The notes under the pieces were generated by a model that saw only the letters and a program-made list of their open reading frames with translations, was not told where the DNA came from and did no database searches. Positions 60,922 to 64,000 of a DNA stretch of 64,000 nucleotides are shown piece after piece. The DNA is taken from assembly GCF_039654945.1 (NCBI RefSeq), contig NW_027361863.1:13020001-13084000 (forward strand), read 5' to 3'. The stretch's first letter is position 1. Each line of letters begins with the position of its first letter. Both the position numbers and the translations under genes were made by a program. The DNA comes from Dendrobates tinctorius (lineage: Eukaryota).

Positions 60922-62434
60922 TGGAACAGCTGCCATTGTACTACAGATGCAAAGTGGGTTTTACTTTCCTTTAGCACAGTCTATTTGCACAAATTTCAAA
61001 ATTTCCCTTTAATGCTTGAAAAAAGCCAAAAACATTTATCATCTATCCATTGAAGAGGTAATAAATGTTCGAATGCTCAGAGATTCACCGGTGGCACCCC
61101 TAAGACTAGATCTGTGGTCACGCAGTAAAATGACAAGTAATTGCAGTAGTGGTGAGGTCTGACTCTCCATTTCATGTTTATGGGACTGTTTCCATCTGCG
61201 CCATGGACATTGAATGGAGCAGCAGTGTAGATGCCTTGCTTCCAAATCATGTAATCTTCTCTGTGAGAAGGATTGATGGGTTTAGGACTCTCGTTGTGGA
61301 GCTTGGTGAGTTACCAGCGGTGGAGACTCTCAGGAATTATACATTTATGACTTTTTCACTGAGTATGTAAAAACTTTTTTCCAAAGAAACAATGGTCCGG
61401 CTCAACAAATGTATTTTAAAATTTCTTAAATGCTGTATTCCTAAATGTTTAAAATTAATACAGAAATATCATAAAAACATTCCTACTGCCAAAGCGTTTC
61501 TGGCACCATATCATATCATACAACATGGGTAAGGGCACTTGATGCCAGAAACGCATTGGTGGTTAGGATTTTTTATGATTTACTGTGCTTGTTTTTCTTT
61601 TTTTTAATAAGTTTTTATTGAACTTTAAAAAAAATACAATAAGATCAATAAGATAAAAACACAACAAAACATAAAGCACTTAATACAGTGAAAGTGTGCC
61701 TATAGAAAAAAAAACCCTCCCTTTCCCACTGTGGGATCACAAAGGAGTACCCTAAAGCGAACAAGGGTTCACTGTTTGCAAATAAAGGTCCAAAATCTCC
61801 TTGACTTTCCATCTAGGAATTTTTCATTTTTATCACTTAAAAGAAGATAATAATATAATGATATAATGACATTTTCTAATAATAATTGAGGCCATGTCAA
61901 AGTTAATGGATCAAGGCCCGGGGTATTTAGCCATGGGGTCCATAAAGCCTCAAATTTATGTGGAATACCGCTCCTTTGAAATTCAAATCTTACAAGATGG
62001 AGCATAGGGTCAATTTTGATAATACTTAATTCATTGTAAGAGGTGTTTCATCTTTGCAATGTAAGGCAAATTGTCTCATCGGAGAGAAGAAGAGGACTAG
62101 AACTCCAATGACAACTATTAGAAGCTAGAGTTCTAGTCCTCTTCCTCTCTGAGGAGACAATTTGCATATTTAATTTTGCAGAAGAGCACCTATAGCTTAT
62201 AAATCTCCTCACTCTGACATGCTAGCCTTGGCTTGTCACTCTCCACAAGGAGAAAGGTTACTCCTTAGACCTCAATGTAAGGCAATACATTTTCTAGCTA
62301 GATAGAGCAATCTTAGTTATGAAAGATATCTGATAGTTTTTCTTAGCTAGCGATTCCCCAATATAACCTAGTAGTAAAGTAATCATGTTAGAGGAAATAG
62401 TGTAATGCAACACTGAGAAAAGTAGGTTCAATAC

Positions 62435-64000
62435 TAGTGATGAGCGAACGTGCTCGCCACTACTCGTTACTCGCCCGAGTATCACTGTACTCTGTATACT
62501 CGGCAAGCACCGAGCATTTCCAGGATTACTCGATGGGAACTCGGGTCTCCACCCAGCATTTTTGGTGGACTATAGAGACCCAATCACGATGCTGGGATTG
62601 TCTGCCAGGCTATGAAACACCGCAGCCATCTTGGTTGTGGTCGTGCAGTGATTGGCTGGCTGCACAGCAGAATCGGGTATAAGAGACCGGACAACGCCCT
62701 GCTTGGCACATTCAGCTCTGGATTGAGAGAGTGTAGGGAGAGCGGCTGCCTTGATAGAGTCATAATTGGGGATTTATTAGTCAGTGTGGGGTCTACCATC
62801 TTAAATACTCAAATCCAGCTAAACCAACAGTCCTTCTAAGGGCTAATTCCAGAGTATATAGGTTCCAGTGTTAGGCAGGCAGGGTAGTGTACGTCACTCT
62901 ATGCACATCAGTGCAAGGCATGCAGGCACTGTATGTGTGTATATAGATCATTGCATACATCAAGACGGTCCATTCCCTTCTTGCGTTCTGGTGCTGCTGC
63001 TGCTACCTGCGGGATATATTAGCCATATATAGCTAGCCCCAGGTGTAATTGGAATACAGGCCACACATTTTTTGGTGTGGTATCTCCGTGTCAGCTCATA
63101 TCTGTGCATGCTCAAAGTTTGGCCAGTTTACGGCTGTTTTCTTTATTTGCCTGGCTGCCACTTTTGGTTAAATACAGCAGTATTTAGCCAAAAAAAAAAT
63201 ACAGGCCACACATTTGTCGTAGCGGTATCTCCGTTGCGGCTCATATCTGTGCATGCTCAAAGTTTGGCCAGTTTGCAGCTGTTTTCTTTTTTTTTGCCTA
63301 GCTGTCACTTTTGGTTAAATACAGCAGTTCTTAGCCCAAAAAAATACAGACCACACATTTGTTGTAGTAGTATCAACGTGGCAGCTCATATCTGTGTGTG
63401 CTCAAAGTTTTGCCAGTTTACGGCGGTTTTCTTTTTTTAGTCCTGGGTGAAACTGTACTTATATACAGCACTATGTTGAATTTTTAAAAAAAACAGGCCA
63501 CATTTTACAGTGGGATCTATCTCTGACACGCTTCATACATCCGTGTGCCAAAAGTTGAGGCATTTTAGGCCAAAATTCCCTTTTTTGGGTAGTCTGTCAT
63601 TCTCGTTATATCCAGCAGTCTTTTGCATCCACCAAAAAACAAAGAAACATATTTTACAGTGTGGTATATCTGTGACACGCCTCATACATCCGTGTGATAA
63701 AAATTTCTGGATTTTAGGCCGGTACTCCAGTGTTTTCCTGTCTGGTAATCAAGTTATAATACAGCAGTATGTTGCATTTTTTTAAAAAACAGGCCACATT
63801 TTACAGTGGGGTCTATCTCTGACATGCCTTATACATCCATGTGCCATAAATTAAGGCATTTTAGGCCTAAATTTCCTTATTTGGGTAGTCTGTCACTCTC
63901 GTTATATACAGTACATGCACTGCCTGGCCTGACAAAAATTTCTCCATGGGGGGTACATTTTTAAAAAATATACTATGGGCATCATAGACACCCTTGCCAA
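62435..64000 (+). mobile_element. hAT element left end with subterminal tandem arrays, running off the window
   Basis: TAGTGATGAGCGAAC terminus; TACTCG repeats; ~145-bp units 63050-63440; ~300-bp duplication 63480-63910. Confidence 0.75.

Overview
Vertebrate, most likely anuran (frog), genomic DNA; this is inferred from the repeat landscape. It holds part of an olfactory receptor cluster: four single-exon class II-type OR ORFs on the + strand (16088, 31878, 48491, 59968), three of them close paralogues. They sit in a dense, heavily nested transposable-element landscape: hAT transposase relics and non-autonomous hATs, a structurally complete Ty3/Gypsy chromovirus (38541-44598), other Gypsy fragments and solo LTRs, CR1/L1/L2 LINE pieces, a DIRS/Ngaro-type RT relic, Tc1 relics, a lightly decayed intron-containing piggyBac, and MITEs. 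Main observations: (1) a tRNA-Ser-primed LTR element encoding a cold-shock-domain-like protein; (2) a hAT-ended element carrying a degenerate 18S rRNA segment; (3) a 3-kb foldback hAT with a 1-nt spacer and nested hairpins; (4) a Tf1/sushi-type self-priming signature plus a GGGAAAC -1 frameshift site in the chromovirus; (5) an OR whose C-terminal tail appears to be supplied by a piggyBac end; (6) hammerhead-like motifs with a variant core. All calls were made by eye, with no database search.
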